Source of the DNA: Coleofasciculus sp. B1-GNL1-01
GTDB lineage: Bacteria; Cyanobacteriota; Cyanobacteriia; Cyanobacteriales; Coleofasciculaceae
NCBI GenBank assembly: GCA_040220235.1
Contig: JAVJTO010000051.1
DNA: 64,000 bases
Reading direction: 5' to 3' (one strand)
Part shown: one piece after another, positions 10,801-19,893 of the stretch
Layout: every line of letters begins with the position of its first letter
Position numbering within the stretch: the stretch's first letter is position 1
Notes under the pieces: model-generated
What the model saw: only the letters and a program-made list of their open reading frames with translations
Databases searched by the model: none
What the model was told of the DNA's origin: nothing
Position numbers and translations under genes: made by a program

Positions 10801-12739
10801 GGAACAAGCTTTGACATTGAGTCGTTTATATCAAATCATCCAACAAATACATGAGTACAATCGCTTGGAGGGGCATAATGGTTTAGTTTATAGTGTTAAC
10901 TTCAGTCCCGATGGTCAAATGATTGTCTCCGCTAGCCTTGATGGTACAGTAAAACTGTGGAAAGCGGATGGTACTCTAGTACAGACATTTATCGCTCATC
11001 CCAGCGGCGTTAAAAGTGCCACCTTTAGTCCAAATGGTCAAATGATTGCTTCGGCTGGTAGCAATGATCCAAATATCAAGCTATGGAACACTGATGGCAC
11101 TCTAAAACAAAAATTTCCGGGACATCATAAGGGGGTTCAAACCATTAGCTTCAGTCCGGATGGACAAAGGATTGTCTCTGGAGGTGGAGACGGTACATTA
11201 AAACTTTGGAAAATAGATGGCACTCTAGATCAAACATTTCAGGGACATAGTAATGTCGTGACAAGTGTTAGTTTCAGTCCGGATGGACGGATAATTGCTT
11301 CCGCCAGCCTTGATAAAACTGTGAAACTTTGGAATATTGATGGTTCATTAGTAGGAACCTGCCCCAATAACTCAGAACCTAGCACTACGTTAGATTCAAC
11401 TAATTCAACTGACAATAGCTATCGCCGTTTGGTTTTCAGTGTTAGCTTCAGTCCGGATGGTCAAATGATTGCCTCTGCCGAAAATAGTGGTACAGTAAAA
11501 ATTTGGAGTCTCGATGGTTCATTAATAAAAAAATGCCGGGGACATAAGAATTCCGTCCGTAGTACCAGCTTTAGTCCACATGGGCAAATGATTGCATCAG
11601 CTAGTGAGGATGGGACTGTGAAACTCTGGAATCTAAATGCTATGGAATTGCAAACTTTTCAGGGAGATAGCAATGAACTCTATAGTGTCAGTTTCAGTCC
11701 GGATGAGCAGATGATTGCCTCCGCCGATAACCATGCAGTTAAAATGTTGCGTATTAGTCGGAATACATTAGTAAAAACATTTCAGGAACATACTGGAAGA
11801 GTAACCAGTGTCAGTTTTAGTCCAGATGGACAAATAATTGCTTCGGCTAGCGAAGACGGTACAGTAAAACTAATTAATCTGAGTGGTGCATTAGTGCAAA
11901 CCTACCCAGCGCATAGTAGCGGAGTCACTAATGTCAGTTTCAGCCCGGATGGGCAAATAATTGCTTCGGCTAGCGAAGATTATACAATAAAACTTTGGAG
12001 AATTGATGGTACTCTATTGCAAATCCTAAAGGGACATAGCGGTGGAGTTAATAGTAATAGCTTTAGTCCGGATGGACAAATGATTACCTCGGCTAGCCGT
12101 GACTACACAGTAAAACTTTGGACAACCAATGGTACTCTATTGCACACAATGAAGGGACATAGAAGCGGAGTTAATAGTGTTAGCTTCAGCCCGGATGGAC
12201 AAATGATTGCTTCGGCTAGCTGTGACAATACAGTCAAACTGTGGCGTATTGATGGTTCTTTAGAACGAACATTTTATGGTCATAACAGTTCAGTCTTTTG
12301 TGTCAGCTTCAGTCCAGATGGGCAGATGATTGCTTCGGCTAGCTATGACTGCACGGTAAAGTTATGGCGTATTGATGGTTCATTAGAACGAACATTCACC
12401 AGACAAAATGAGTCGGTTTACAGTGTCAGCTTTAGTCCAGATGGACAAATGATTATCTCCGCTAGCTTTGACGGTACAGTGAAACTGTGGAGAATAGATG
12501 GCACTCTCGTACAAACATTCCAAGGACATAGTGGAGGAGTCGCAAGTGCTAGCTTTAGTCCGGATGGACAGAGGATTGCTTCTGCTAGTCATGACCATAC
12601 GGTAAAACTATGGAAGTTGGAGTCGTTAGATAATTTAATAGTACGTGGTTGTAATTGGCTGCGAGACTATTTGAAGACTAATCCAAATGTGAGTGAGAGC
12701 GATCGCAAACTCTGTGAGGGTATTGAGAAAAGTCGTTAA
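7871..12739 (+). CDS. TPR + STAND-type P-loop NTPase + WD40-repeat protein
   Basis: Walker A GLSGVGKSS, Walker B LIFDQFEE, many SVSFSPDGQMIASAS..TVKLW repeats; TTG start. Confidence 0.9.
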   Translation: MNDFTLANQESLDELAWAMEACQGQFCLMLARCNYGYLQQRLIQQLQDECTFDIRLIHLKPDDKTLFSTVRSQLGQEMPSALMVSGFATLDNLDDMFAAMNQVREEFRKNFPFPFILWMNDLVYIRLMRIAPDFESWATTTAFAIPTDELINSLQQAVKSLFSKALAVNSPQSLSQLTKNLDLGYLTRSEFELALKELSQREIELTPQFAADLAFLRGINAGDSPEALDYLQKSLEFWQQQTDGGAGFTLKVGLVLFQIGLYHYHTVNRKKHRQANWQTAKIPLQQCLELFERENRPDLVAKCITQLERVLQRMQSWDELEQVVQKALSLHQRYSSISRLAQDYSFLAEVTLQQQRWEDSRQAAQQAEDILAQLPEQKRWFQGLNLLFLAQAERQLGNKQDAIAHLVQARDLGDKGHPLVYIRILAELRDLYFEEKHYLEAFAIKQLRRSIEQQYSICAFIGAGRLQPHRQEASAKTDNQETVAPEIIASGRQRDLERLLERIGRNDCKLIVIHGLSGVGKSSLVNAGLIPALKHRVIGIQNNLPLLIRVYTNWLEDLSKQLATNFVTDELEEGKTANNPVEAGLDDNLSRKPLTSQQNPPSPFQDVDNNISRKTPTSFQNPSYAKILEQLRQNEQHNIRTVLIFDQFEEFFFVYPNLAQRRPFWDFLGDCLNILSVKVILSLREDYLHYLLECNRLDSMNVIGHDILGKNVLYGLGNFSPADARSIIEDLTTRSRFYLEPALIDQLVKDLAGQTGEILPIELQIVGAQLQAENIKTLADYREVGTKGELVKHYVEAVIEDCGIENRQAAELVLYLLTDEKGTRPLKTRAELERDLKELVDELTADASKLDLVLRIFVESGLVFLLPEIPADRYQLVHDYLAAFIRQQQQLGLLVELAEAREKQKLTEAQLRQALKEKEAALHKEQQERQRAKLAEYEALNSLSQLLWSSHDQLGTLLALVKAGKKLQEIADLVSSEEQALTLSRLYQIIQQIHEYNRLEGHNGLVYSVNFSPDGQMIVSASLDGTVKLWKADGTLVQTFIAHPSGVKSATFSPNGQMIASAGSNDPNIKLWNTDGTLKQKFPGHHKGVQTISFSPDGQRIVSGGGDGTLKLWKIDGTLDQTFQGHSNVVTSVSFSPDGRIIASASLDKTVKLWNIDGSLVGTCPNNSEPSTTLDSTNSTDNSYRRLVFSVSFSPDGQMIASAENSGTVKIWSLDGSLIKKCRGHKNSVRSTSFSPHGQMIASASEDGTVKLWNLNAMELQTFQGDSNELYSVSFSPDEQMIASADNHAVKMLRISRNTLVKTFQEHTGRVTSVSFSPDGQIIASASEDGTVKLINLSGALVQTYPAHSSGVTNVSFSPDGQIIASASEDYTIKLWRIDGTLLQILKGHSGGVNSNSFSPDGQMITSASRDYTVKLWTTNGTLLHTMKGHRSGVNSVSFSPDGQMIASASCDNTVKLWRIDGSLERTFYGHNSSVFCVSFSPDGQMIASASYDCTVKLWRIDGSLERTFTRQNESVYSVSFSPDGQMIISASFDGTVKLWRIDGTLVQTFQGHSGGVASASFSPDGQRIASASHDHTVKLWKLESLDNLIVRGCNWLRDYLKTNPNVSESDRKLCEGIEKSR

Positions 12740-12877
12740 GTTACCCTCTTTTTGCCACGGCGATTGAAATCGCTGCTACACAAACATAGGCAAAGCCTTC
12801 CCGAAGGGTAGGCCGCCTACGCGGACTGGGTTATAACGGGGGTAGGGACACCCGGATTTAGTATGAAACTAAAGTCT

Positions 12878-13226
12878 AAGACGACTGGATAAGAATTTTA
12901 GTCCATTTTAATGGACTTGGGCTATTAGCCCGGAGTTTGAACTCCGGGCTGGTTTTCGGGTCTACTTTATACCCTTAAATCGTTCTTTAGCCGACTGAAA
13001 CGCTTCTTGCATCACCGATTGAATTTTCTGGGGATCGGGTTTTTTCCCACCCATTAAATCCCCAAAATAAACACAAGCCCCCTCACCCAACGCCCACGTA
13101 TACGCCGCCGCCCAAGACGCCGCGATCGCACTCCCTAAACCGGGCAAAAATTTGATTAATTCTCGTCCCACAGCTTGGGCGACAAATCCTCCCGCGATCG
13201 CACTCACGACTCCCCTAACTTGAGAA
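12878..13226. repeat. ~350-bp direct duplication, copy 1 (3' end of the 13862..15193 gene plus downstream palindromes)
   Basis: near-identical to 13778-14126 at an exact 900-bp offset. Confidence 0.95.
12962..13226 (-). pseudogene. duplicated 3' fragment of the GTPase/DUF697 gene
   Basis: translation matches the last ~80 aa of 13862..15193. Confidence 0.85.
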
Positions 13227-13267
13227 AATGTGCAACAGCTTCCTTCTGTTTCGCTGTTAACTTTGGC

Positions 13268-13678
13268 TCAGACATAGGCAGGGGCTTTAATGCCTAATTC
13301 CTGCATGAGTGTCTCCAATGAGGTGTTTCGCAAACTTGCCAGTTCAATTAAATACTGAATTCGACAAGCATTGGCTTGTTCAATTTGGTCGGAGATCTCA
13401 ATTAATGTTACCTGTTCCTCAGGTGTTAAGATTTCAGCACGGCGTTTAGCCAGCAGGGCATGATACTGTTCCCATCTTTGTGGTGGTAAACCCAGATTAA
13501 TGTTTTGCAATAAGTCAGCTTCAGCCTTTGACAGGCGGGAAATAGGATGCGGAATTGGGCGCAAGCGCTCTTTCAATGCATTCACAATGTAATGATTGGG
13601 ATCAAGACCTTGTTGGGCAGCCTCATCCCGTAACTGTTGTTCGAGTTCTGGCGTAAGCTCAAGTGTGATGGTTGCCAT
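13268..13678 (-). CDS. antitoxin-like small protein (RHH-like N-terminus)
   Basis: MATITLELTPELEQQLRDEAAQQG start with helical C-terminus; lies between the duplicated segments. Confidence 0.75.
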   Translation of the reverse strand: MATITLELTPELEQQLRDEAAQQGLDPNHYIVNALKERLRPIPHPISRLSKAEADLLQNINLGLPPQRWEQYHALLAKRRAEILTPEEQVTLIEISDQIEQANACRIQYLIELASLRNTSLETLMQELGIKAPAYV

Positions 13679-13777
13679 CTGAATACCCTTGATTAATATG
13701 TTTCCTTATTTTTATTTGACAATAGTCTCACCAACCGCCTTGGGTTGAAACCCACGGCTGAAAGCTAAAGTCGTCTA

Positions 13778-14126
13778 AAGACGACTGGATAAGAATTTTA
13801 GTCCATTTTAATGGACTTGGGCTATTAGCCCGGAGTTTGAACTCCGGGCTGGTTTTCGGGTCTACTTTATACCCTTAAATCGTTCTTTAGCCGACTGAAA
13901 TGCTTCTTGCATCACCGATTGAATCTTCTGGGGATCGGGTTTTTTCCCGCCCATTAAATCCCCAAAATAAACACAAGCCCCCTCACCCAACGCCCAGGTA
14001 TACGCCGCCGCCCAAGACGCCGCGATCGCACTCCCTAAACCGGGCAAAAATTTGATTAATTCTCGTCCCACAGCTTGGGCGACAAATCCTCCCGCGATCG
14101 CACTCACGACTCCCCCAGCTTGAGAA
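13778..14126. repeat. ~350-bp direct duplication, copy 2
   Basis: near-identical to 12878-13226. Confidence 0.95.
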
Positions 14127-15193
14127 GGCGTCAGCGTCTGTCCATACAATTTTCCCAACAACCCAACCAGCGAGACTTGTAGCGCCGTTAAAACGGGCAT
14201 TGTGGCAAAAGGTAACGGTACAGCCGCCAGGGTTGCTGCCATAATCGAAAAGGCTAAAATATAACGTCGCCCGACATCCCGATAAAGATTCCCCAGTTGC
14301 TGACCCGCGTCTTTTTCTTCCAATAATTGCGAAATCGCCCTGGATTCGGCTTCCGGTAACAACTCGGCTAAGGCGTCGCTGAGTGCCTCTAAGCCATAAA
14401 ATACAGGATTATATTCATCTTCTTCTAGGGTAAAATCAATCATAACCGCCCGATTATAAAGTCCCTTAAAAGCCTGCTGAATCCCAGCAAAGGCGCGATT
14501 CAACTCTTCATAGTCTGGCGGATAAGCAGGATGATCAACGACATCAGCCGGATAAAGTTCATGTAAACAAGTTACAGCCAGCAAACAGGGAATCTCTGGA
14601 TATTTCTCTTGTAACTGTTCAGCCACCTGTCGCAGCGTATCCGTGGCAAAGTCATTAATTTTCACCGTCAAAATCAGGATTCTGGCACGATGAGTATCCT
14701 GTTCCAATTCACCTGCCAATTCCTGAATAATTATCGGCGTTTCTTGGTTAACATCACCCAAACCCACAGTATCGGTAAAAATCAGCAAGGGTAGGTCATT
14801 TGAGGGATAAGCATAACGCTCAGTATATTGCGTATGGGGACGAAATCCCTGACCCACAATCTCTGCTGAAACCCCTGTCAATCCCCGCACAATAGAACTT
14901 TTCCCTGATTGAGGCTTGCCAATCAGCAGCGCTTGGGTTGTGGGGAGTTCTTTCCGTACCGACGCCAAAATCTCAGCGACTTGCGCCTCATTAACACTAA
15001 ACCAGTCAATCACTGTTTGTGTCACTTGTTCGGTGGGAAGGAGTTTCTGCAAGCGATCGCTAGCTGTAGTCCAGAGTCCAGCCATGCGGTTCGTCCAGGA
15101 GTTATCAACCGACTCCGGATTTGTCTCTTCCGTTGGTTTTTGCACCTGCTGAGAATCAGCCGATGGTACGTCAGCCTTATGTTCGTCAGTCAT
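13862..15193 (-). CDS. YcjF/DUF697-type GTPase-domain membrane protein
   Basis: GKPQSGKSS P-loop, DTVGLG G3 motif, hydrophobic C-terminus. Confidence 0.85.
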   Translation of the reverse strand: MTDEHKADVPSADSQQVQKPTEETNPESVDNSWTNRMAGLWTTASDRLQKLLPTEQVTQTVIDWFSVNEAQVAEILASVRKELPTTQALLIGKPQSGKSSIVRGLTGVSAEIVGQGFRPHTQYTERYAYPSNDLPLLIFTDTVGLGDVNQETPIIIQELAGELEQDTHRARILILTVKINDFATDTLRQVAEQLQEKYPEIPCLLAVTCLHELYPADVVDHPAYPPDYEELNRAFAGIQQAFKGLYNRAVMIDFTLEEDEYNPVFYGLEALSDALAELLPEAESRAISQLLEEKDAGQQLGNLYRDVGRRYILAFSIMAATLAAVPLPFATMPVLTALQVSLVGLLGKLYGQTLTPSQAGGVVSAIAGGFVAQAVGRELIKFLPGLGSAIAASWAAAYTWALGEGACVYFGDLMGGKKPDPQKIQSVMQEAFQSAKERFKGIK

Positions 15194-15211
15194 CCTAATC
15201 GATGAATCCCT

Positions 15212-15769
15212 TCAATCCTGCCTATCTTTAAGATTACAAGTAGAGACGCGCCATGGCGCGTCTCTACCGATTGATTGGTTGAACATTTGCCAGATATCCG
15301 ATTCTGTATCCACTAGATTGACCGAATTCACCGCTAAAAATCCCTCGTTGGTTTGAGGCGGATGATCTCGCAATGCGCGATAAAACTCCTCAATCACCGG
15401 ATCAGGAACTTGACGTTGGCGCTGTCGGTTCCAAGTTTTGCAGGTTTCTAGGGGAGTGGTAAGATACCAAGCTAGCCAGCGCACGGTTTCACCCGATATC
15501 TTAGGCAAAAGCGATCGCCGCCATTCGGGTTTGGCATTGGTTGCATCGTAAATCACTAGGTTTCCATCGGCAATAGATCGATGAATTTGCCGTAATACTT
15601 GCGCCTCAATTAATGACCAATCCCCTTGGATGTTCTCATCCCCAAATAGCTGCGCCCGGATCGCGTCTGTGGACACAATCACGGCTTTGGGTTCAAGTTG
15701 AGTCAGTTTGGCAGCTAGGGTAGACTTGCCAGAACTGGGAGAACCTATGAGAAAATGACAAATCATCAA
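15212..15769 (-). CDS. AAA_33-type predicted kinase
   Basis: GSPSSGKST, VSTDAIR, IYDATN motifs. Confidence 0.85.
   Translation of the reverse strand: MMICHFLIGSPSSGKSTLAAKLTQLEPKAVIVSTDAIRAQLFGDENIQGDWSLIEAQVLRQIHRSIADGNLVIYDATNAKPEWRRSLLPKISGETVRWLAWYLTTPLETCKTWNRQRQRQVPDPVIEEFYRALRDHPPQTNEGFLAVNSVNLVDTESDIWQMFNQSIGRDAPWRVSTCNLKDRQD
15240..15267. repeat. 28-bp perfect palindrome GTAGAGACGCGCCATGGCGCGTCTCTAC
   Basis: identical copies at 31398-31425 and 35977-36004; variant at 51796-51823. Confidence 0.9.
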
Positions 15770-15965
15770 TGAATTGTTGTCAAAAGCTATTTACCCGACA
15801 ATCAAGCTATTACGGATCATAATTATAAGTACCTGGACATAAATTATGTCCGCTGTACCAAGAAATGTTCACAAGCCTCAAATCCTTACTGTTCACTGTT
15901 CACTGTTCACTGTTCCCTGTTCCTTCCTAAGCTCAACTGTCAACTTTAATTTTGTCCAACTACTT

Positions 15966-16487
15966 ATGACTTCTGTCAATACAAATTTATACCTAATTTT
16001 AGAAAACCTAGGTTTCTTTATTGTTGCCACTGGATTTACCGCAATTGTCGGCTGGGCGTGGCGGAAGGCAAAACCGTTCACTATTCCTGAACCCTTGCCC
16101 GCATGGTTTAAAATTTGGTTTGGCACAATTCAGGTTATCGGCGTCTTAGTTCCCCTAGTTGTTATGCTCCTGTGGGGTGTGTGGTGGAATTATTCTACCG
16201 TGTTAACTGTTCTTGCCTCCTATTTTTTGATGCTAGGATTACAAATTATATCGGAGATAATCACATTAAAACAGTTTCAATCGGTTGTTTGGGTGATGGT
16301 TCCTTACTTATACCTGCCTTATCGCCTCTGGCAATTATATGAAGGACTGACTATCCTGAATTCTGATAGCGAATTGATGTGGGTAAGGACTCTGTTAATT
16401 GTCGAAATTGTTCTTTGGGCGGGTAACTATCTCCTAGATTTAGCCCAGCTTCCCCGGTTGTTTCGATGGGAGGTGAAGGAAGGTTAA
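15966..16487 (+). CDS. hypothetical membrane protein
   Basis: several TM segments; probable start MTSVNT because the upstream extension crosses a GTTCACT repeat. Confidence 0.75.
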   Translation: MTSVNTNLYLILENLGFFIVATGFTAIVGWAWRKAKPFTIPEPLPAWFKIWFGTIQVIGVLVPLVVMLLWGVWWNYSTVLTVLASYFLMLGLQIISEIITLKQFQSVVWVMVPYLYLPYRLWQLYEGLTILNSDSELMWVRTLLIVEIVLWAGNYLLDLAQLPRLFRWEVKEG

Positions 16488-16661
16488 CTCTGTTAATCAG
16501 ATCCCCGACTTCTTGAAGAAGTCAGAGATCTTAGGTTGAATGGCACTGACTTTAGTCGTTTGTAGTCAGCGCTTTAGCGCTTCTGGCACTAAAGTGCCTA
16601 CTACAAACCCAGTTGGACTTTGGACAAAACCCAGGTTAAGTCAGTGCTATTGATCTTAGGT

Positions 16662-17795
16662 TTAGTGATCGTGGTGGTGATGATGATGATGATGATGACT
16701 GGAAGCCAATTCCGGATTAACCGCCATCGCCGTTTCGCTTAATAGTGCCTCAATCTGAGGATTTGCCCAATCTGCTGCCATGGCTAGAAAGTCAGGATGA
16801 TCATTAACACAGGGCATCTGCACATACGCCACATCAGAGTTACGATGCTCTAACCCATGGATGATGTGATGTACATCCAGCAAGGTTTCATGATTTTCTG
16901 TGGCAAAGCCAATCGGCATAAATACGATCGCTTTTGCCCCTAAATCAATCAGATTCTTCGCCGCTAACTCAGTATTGGGCTGTGTCCACTTAATCAAAGG
17001 GGTTTGGTGATTCAGCCAACCCACTGAAATTAACGGATACTTATGAATTAGCTTTTCCCGTACCCGTTCATACAAAGCCTCACTTTCCATGATGCCGGAG
17101 GTAAATCCCTTTGCTTCGTGGGGACAACCATGGTTCATCAGAACAATGCCAATTTGAGAGGGTAAGTAAGCAGAGGCTAAATCAGCCGCAATTTTTTCCT
17201 CTACCATCTGCGCCATCAAGTCAATATAGGCGGATTCGTTGTAAAAGGAAGGGATATACCGTTGTCCTTTGAGCCAATGTTCGTCACCCTCCGTCAACTT
17301 GACTAAGGCATTATTCACCTGTTCGACGGCAATACCACTGGTGAAGATAGAATCAACGACGAGGAGGGGATAAATTAGCAGTTTATCAAAGCCTTGGGCT
17401 TTAATCTGCTCCAACACCTGTTCCGGTAAAAACGGAGCGCAGAAGTTAAACGCCTTAAAGACTTGGACGCGATCGCCCCATTTTTCTTGCAGGTGTTGTT
17501 CAATTCCGGCGCGTTGCTGCTCAAAAATTTGGTTGTGGGGGGAGATGAAATTGTTGTGCTGATGTCCCCACTCATGGAAATCAAAAACGGCTAACAGTTT
17601 GGCTAAGGGGGGATACACCCAAGTAGGTACAGGTGCGAACTTAGCGGTTAATAAGTTTAAGGCTTGCTCATTATAGTTGGCAAAGTCTTCGTAACTTTCG
17701 ACTTCCCCATAACCCATGAGTAAAACGGCAACGCGATCGCCGCCTTCTGGGTTAGATGTGGGTATTGATTGGACTTTTTCAGGAGTGGCAACCAC
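16662..17795 (-). CDS. ferrochelatase-family protein with His-rich C-terminus
   Basis: VAVLLMGYG, LLIYPL, MNHG, PIGFATENHETLLD motifs; ends SHHHHHHHHHDH. Confidence 0.85.
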   Translation of the reverse strand: MVATPEKVQSIPTSNPEGGDRVAVLLMGYGEVESYEDFANYNEQALNLLTAKFAPVPTWVYPPLAKLLAVFDFHEWGHQHNNFISPHNQIFEQQRAGIEQHLQEKWGDRVQVFKAFNFCAPFLPEQVLEQIKAQGFDKLLIYPLLVVDSIFTSGIAVEQVNNALVKLTEGDEHWLKGQRYIPSFYNESAYIDLMAQMVEEKIAADLASAYLPSQIGIVLMNHGCPHEAKGFTSGIMESEALYERVREKLIHKYPLISVGWLNHQTPLIKWTQPNTELAAKNLIDLGAKAIVFMPIGFATENHETLLDVHHIIHGLEHRNSDVAYVQMPCVNDHPDFLAMAADWANPQIEALLSETAMAVNPELASSHHHHHHHHHDH

Positions 17796-17964
17796 AAGAC
17801 TATCCTATCAATTGATGGAACATTCACTGGGTCTCTTCCGAGGTTAGGAATTGAGACTCGCCAGTTACCCTTAGGGTAGCATCCCCTGCGGGGGGATGAT
17901 TCACCTGTCTCGCTACAATTAGTTTATTTGAAGCAATACGCCAATCAGGGGTGGCAAAAAACTG

Positions 17965-18126
17965 ATGCATGAGCCAGAGTCGAAAAATTGGCATCAAAAG
18001 ACTTGGGTGAGAGTCCTGTTACTAATCTTTGCTGTGCTGATCGCGGGGGGACTTTACCTGCTTTCTATCCGCATCGCCACTCAAAGACCTCGGAGTGTTC
18101 CGGTTACGCCCGACACCTCAGATTGA
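17965..18126 (+). CDS. putative 53-aa single-TM small protein
   Basis: manual translation MHEPESKNWHQKTWVRVLLLIFAVLIAGGLYLLSIRIATQRPRSVPVTPDTSD; below the ORF-track cutoff. Confidence 0.5.
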   Translation: MHEPESKNWHQKTWVRVLLLIFAVLIAGGLYLLSIRIATQRPRSVPVTPDTSD

Positions 18127-18163
18127 GACGGCTTGACTAATTTTACTCTCTTTTAAATTTAAA

Positions 18164-18250
18164 CGGAGAGGGAGGGATTCGAACCCTCGTTAGAGTTTCC
18201 CCTAAACAGCATTTCCAGTGCTGCGCCTTAAACCACTCGGCCACCTCTCC
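18164..18250 (-). tRNA. trnS: tRNA-Ser(GGA)
   Basis: GGAGAGGTGGCCGAGTGGTTTAAGGCG-CAGCA CT GGA AA TGCTG-long variable arm-GGTTCGAATCC-CTCTCCG. Confidence 0.97.
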
Positions 18251-18326
18251 TGGGGGTTTATTATGATCTGTGCGGGAGTCAATAGTATTCAACTTAGCAC
18301 ACAGTCTGTAATTATACACGAAACGG

Positions 18327-18695
18327 ATGACTCGATTCTATAAAATTACCATTCACCATCGCCAAACCAATACCAAGCATACTCTAGAAGTCCCAAGCGA
18401 TCGCTATATCCTCCAAGCCGCCGAAGACCAAGGCGTAGAACTGCCATTTTCTTGTCGCAATGGGGCTTGCACCACCTGTGCGGTGCGTGTCCTCTCCGGT
18501 GACATCTATCAACCCGAAGCCATGGGATTGTCTCCAGCGCTGCGCCAAAAAGGGTACGCCCTGTTATGTGTGGGGTATCCCCGTTCTGACATAGAAGTCG
18601 AAACCCAGGATGAGGATGAAGTCTACGAACTCCAATTTGGGCGCTATTTTGGTAAAGGCAAGATTCGGTTTGGATTGCCCTTAGATGAGGATTAG
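18327..18695 (+). CDS. 2Fe-2S ferredoxin with C-terminal extension (Fed2/FdC2-like)
   Basis: SCRNGACTTC...LLCV; YELQFGRYF tail. Confidence 0.9.
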   Translation: MTRFYKITIHHRQTNTKHTLEVPSDRYILQAAEDQGVELPFSCRNGACTTCAVRVLSGDIYQPEAMGLSPALRQKGYALLCVGYPRSDIEVETQDEDEVYELQFGRYFGKGKIRFGLPLDED

Positions 18696-19338
18696 AACAA
18701 ACAGCAATCACCAATATCAGCATTACTCCCCCCTTCCGAAGGGGGGTTGGGGGGGATGGAAAAGTCTAACACCTAACCTGAACAATACATATCCCAGCCG
18801 CCTTATCGCCCTCCTGATTGGCTGTAGCTTTCTCCTTTTACTGGGAGGATGTCAATCTAAAAACGTTCCTCCTGGTATCCCTGTACAAGTCCAACAAGTT
18901 GTTAGTGGACAAACCATCGAGGTATTAGATACCACTCAACAACCCGCCTTAATTGTTCGGGTACGGTTAATTGGTATAGAAGCACCCGACTTGAGACAAC
19001 AGCCTTGGGGAACGGCGGCTCAAACTCGGATTGAACAACTTATCGGTGAAACCAGGGGTCAACAACTGGTACTCCAATCGGTTTTCTTAGAACCTGATGT
19101 GCAAACTAAAGACAGTTTTGGTCGTTGGTTAGCCTACGTTTGGCATGATGGAGTCATGATTAATGAACAACTGATTAAAGAAGGATATGTTTTAGCGACA
19201 CCGCGATCGCCCAATAATAAATATAATGAACGCCTAACCCGCGCTCAGGAATACGCCCGAATTATGGGATATGGCATCTGGAACTCAGAACAACCCCTCC
19301 GTTTAACCCCGGCTGAATTTCGGCGACGCAATCCTTAG
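18685..19338 (+). CDS. thermonuclease (SNase) family lipoprotein
   Basis: VRLIGIEAP, DSFGRWLAYVW, GYGIW motifs; true start uncertain. Confidence 0.85.
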   Translation: MRIRTNSNHQYQHYSPLPKGGWGGWKSLTPNLNNTYPSRLIALLIGCSFLLLLGGCQSKNVPPGIPVQVQQVVSGQTIEVLDTTQQPALIVRVRLIGIEAPDLRQQPWGTAAQTRIEQLIGETRGQQLVLQSVFLEPDVQTKDSFGRWLAYVWHDGVMINEQLIKEGYVLATPRSPNNKYNERLTRAQEYARIMGYGIWNSEQPLRLTPAEFRRRNP

Positions 19339-19489
19339 AAGAAGGCAGGAAACAAGTTTGTAGTAAGCACTTTAGTGCTTAAACGCCTAGACGGAGTTGG
19401 CTCAGGTTCCCTCACGACAAAACAAATCTGATAGATTTTGCCGATTTTCTGGGCGCACATCGGTTTGGAATTGGGCGCACGTCGGTCAT

Positions 19490-19893
19490 CCGTGTCAACT
19501 TAAGCTCAACCCCTCTCCCCCACTATGCATTACCCACATCTTTCTTAACATTAGCGAGAGCGATCGCTATAGCGCTCTCCAACCCCTAGTCCTACATAGC
19601 CCATTCCCAATAAAACTCGGTCTTTGTCAAGAGTAGTTTGTGGTAATTTGTCAAGTTTAGTGGAATGAATTGAATTTAAAAGCCTTGTTAAACAAGGCTT
19701 TCAGGATTGTTAAGAAAGATGCGTATAAGGGATAGCACGCCGGGGAGAGGGGAGCAAAAAGCAAGCGGTATTCCAGAGTTACTTTGGAAGCGTCTTTATG
19801 TGATGGCTCCCCTTCTCCCTTGATGGGAGAAGGGGTTAGGGGATGAGGGTGAAACACTACCCCTGTATTACTTTTCGCCTTAAGTTGACACGG
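19490..19893. mobile_element. MITE-like non-coding element with 15-bp perfect terminal inverted repeats
   Basis: CCGTGTCAACTTAAG (19490-19504) and CTTAAGTTGACACGG (19879-19893). Confidence 0.65.

Noticed and set aside
17796..17960. Riboswitch upstream of the chelatase-like gene
   Set aside because: Only short hairpins; I recognised no cobalamin or other riboswitch consensus.
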